Program-made: the position numbers and the translations under genes
Part shown: piece by piece, positions 46,310-47,579 of the stretch
How positions within the stretch are numbered: the stretch's first letter is position 1
How the letters are laid out: each line of letters opens with the position of its first letter
Assembly (NCBI GenBank): GCA_038321865.1
Contig: JBBQFH010000028.1
Span: 1-47,579 of the forward strand
From: Gemmatimonadales bacterium
Lineage (GTDB): Bacteria > Gemmatimonadota > Gemmatimonadetes > Gemmatimonadales > GWC2-71-9
Length of the DNA stretch: 47,579 bases
Direction of reading: 5' to 3'
The notes under the pieces: model-generated
Seen by the model: only the letters and a program-made list of their open reading frames with translations
What the model was told of the DNA's origin: nothing
Database searches by the model: none

Positions 46310-47380
46310 ATGACCGGTCCGGACACCGAGAACGCCGACCTGCAGGAGCTTCGGGACCGTCTCGCGCGGGTCGCGACGCTGGACGCCTCGGCGCTGGCTG
46401 CCGAGCAGATCGCCGTCCTGGGCCGGAAGGGCGGGGAGCTCACGCGGAAGCTGCGTGCCGTCGCCGGCCTGGGAGACGCGGAGAAGCGGGTGCTCGGGGC
46501 GGCCGTCAATGCGCTGAAGCGGCAATTCGAAGCCGCCTTCGCGTCGCGGGAATCCCAGCTGGCGGAAGCGAGACGCGTGGCCGAGGCCGGTGCCCTCGAT
46601 CTGTCCATGCCGGGGCGGCGCGTCTGGGTGGGCGCCGAGCACCCGGTGACCCGCGTCGTCGGCGAAATCGTGGAGATCTTTCGCGAGCTGGGGTTTACGG
46701 TCGCCGCGGGACCAGAAGCGGAGACCGAGTGGTACAATTTCAGCGCGCTCAACTTCGCCGCCGACCATCCGGCGATGGACATGCACGACACGCTCTATCT
46801 CGACCTCCCTCCCGTCGAGGGCGAGCGCGGTGGTCGCATGCTGATGCGCACGCATACGTCCCCGGTCCAGATCCGCACGCTGCTCGACTCGCCGCCGCCG
46901 GTCCGGGTGGTGATTCCCGGCCTGGCCTACCGCAACGATCCGTTCGATGCGTCCCACGCGCCGGCGTTCTCCCAGATCGAGGGGCTGGCGGTCGACGAAG
47001 GCATCTCCTTCGTCGATCTCAAGGCGACGCTGGCGCACTTCGCCCGCCGCTTCTTCACCGATACGACCCGGGTCCGGTTCCGGCCATCCTACTTTCCGTT
47101 CACCGAACCGTCGGCCGAGATGGACGTGGCGTGCCAGCTGTGTGGCGGCTCCGGCTGTGCCGCCTGCAAGGGCAGCGGCTGGATGGAGATCCTCGGCTGC
47201 GGCATGGTCCATCCCAACGTCCTCGACAACTGCGGCGTGGATTCCGAGCGCTACACCGGGTTCGCCTTCGGGATGGGGCCGCACCGGATCGCCATGCTGC
47301 GCTATGGCGTGCCTGACATCCGCACGCTCTACGAGGGCGACATGCGCTTCCTTGCCCAGCTCGGCGGGGTGCGGGCATGA
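46310..47380 (+). CDS. pheS: Phenylalanine--tRNA ligase alpha subunit
   Basis: Motifs RTHTSPVQIR, F.QIEGL.VD, RFRPSYFPFTEPS, CxxC...CxxC insert, EILGCGMVHP and GFAFGMG. Confidence 0.97.
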   Translation: MTGPDTENADLQELRDRLARVATLDASALAAEQIAVLGRKGGELTRKLRAVAGLGDAEKRVLGAAVNALKRQFEAAFASRESQLAEARRVAEAGALDLSMPGRRVWVGAEHPVTRVVGEIVEIFRELGFTVAAGPEAETEWYNFSALNFAADHPAMDMHDTLYLDLPPVEGERGGRMLMRTHTSPVQIRTLLDSPPPVRVVIPGLAYRNDPFDASHAPAFSQIEGLAVDEGISFVDLKATLAHFARRFFTDTTRVRFRPSYFPFTEPSAEMDVACQLCGGSGCAACKGSGWMEILGCGMVHPNVLDNCGVDSERYTGFAFGMGPHRIAMLRYGVPDIRTLYEGDMRFLAQLGGVRA

Positions 47381-47449
47381 ACATCTCGACCGCCTGGCTG
47401 TCGGATTTTCTGCGACGGCCGCTGGACGCGAACGATGTCGCACGCCGCC
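47377..47449 (+). CDS. pheT: Phenylalanine--tRNA ligase beta subunit, N-terminal ~24 codons only
   Basis: ATG overlaps the pheS stop; MNISTAWLSDFL... fits the PheT M-x-x-S-x-x-W-L start. PheT-like sequence ends near 47449. Confidence 0.8.
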
Positions 47450-47579
47450 ACAGTCCGCGCTCGCGCCCCAGCGCGCAGGCGCGGGCATGGTGGCCCCGGC
47501 GGAGCCCGGCAGCGACGGAAGGCGCATCGGCGTGGCGTACGCGGCTGCGAGCTCGCGGGCGACGCCCTTGTGCCCGAGC
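47450..47579 (-). other. pheT: Inverted internal fragment of pheT
   Basis: Minus strand from 47578 reads LGHKGVARELAAAYATPMRLP, matching the PheT (PNRPDLL)-x-x-x-GVARE motif. Confidence 0.75.

Noticed and set aside
47090..47200. CxxC...CxxC insert in PheS
   Set aside because: A common feature of PheS in many bacterial lineages; not novel.
1..47579. CRISPR arrays, IS elements, integrases, prophage genes, rRNA
   Set aside because: None seen. Nearly all sequence is accounted for by recognisable genes with short gaps. The search was by eye only.

Overview
High-GC (roughly 70% by eye) diderm bacterial chromosome segment. Gene content and order suggest Gemmatimonadota; this is an inference. Family calls come from motifs read in the translations and from recalled reference sequences; no database searches were run. 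Block 1 (1-16337) is the distal part of a Wzx/Wzy-type surface-polysaccharide locus: glycosyltransferases, a DegT aminotransferase, two AsnB-type amidotransferases, a polymerase-like membrane protein, an inverted Wzz-like gene, a flippase, a methyltransferase, a WbpI/WlbD-like 2-epimerase, and two SDRs that closely resemble Bordetella WbmG/H and WbmF. Together these suggest a rare 2,3-diacetamido-L-uronate/uronamide sugar. Block 2 (16379-20493) holds tRNA-Ile2(CAT) and tRNA-Val(CAC), convergent around pgi and a single-domain response regulator, followed by a Wzi-like outer-membrane protein. Block 3 (20574-47579) is a long co-oriented housekeeping run: class 3 asparaginase, CMD protein, obgE, dprA, hemW, hrcA, dnaJ, prmA, rsmE, HIT, yqeY, mutS2, dnaG, recJ, rsmD, coaD, pta, an RsbV/RsbW/RsbU-like module, rsmA, rex, arcA, a DEDDh exonuclease, an MBL hydrolase, infC-rpmI-rplT and pheS-pheT'. 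I saw no CRISPR array, transposase, integrase, prophage or defence system, and no clear-cut new system. The most notable observations are the two-SDR wbm-like sugar pathway, an infC leader with a terminator plus a CTG start codon, a perfect Rex operator over the rex promoter, repeated near-leaderless promoters, a sigma-less partner-switching module, and an inverted pheT fragment at the right end that is probably a chimera artefact.
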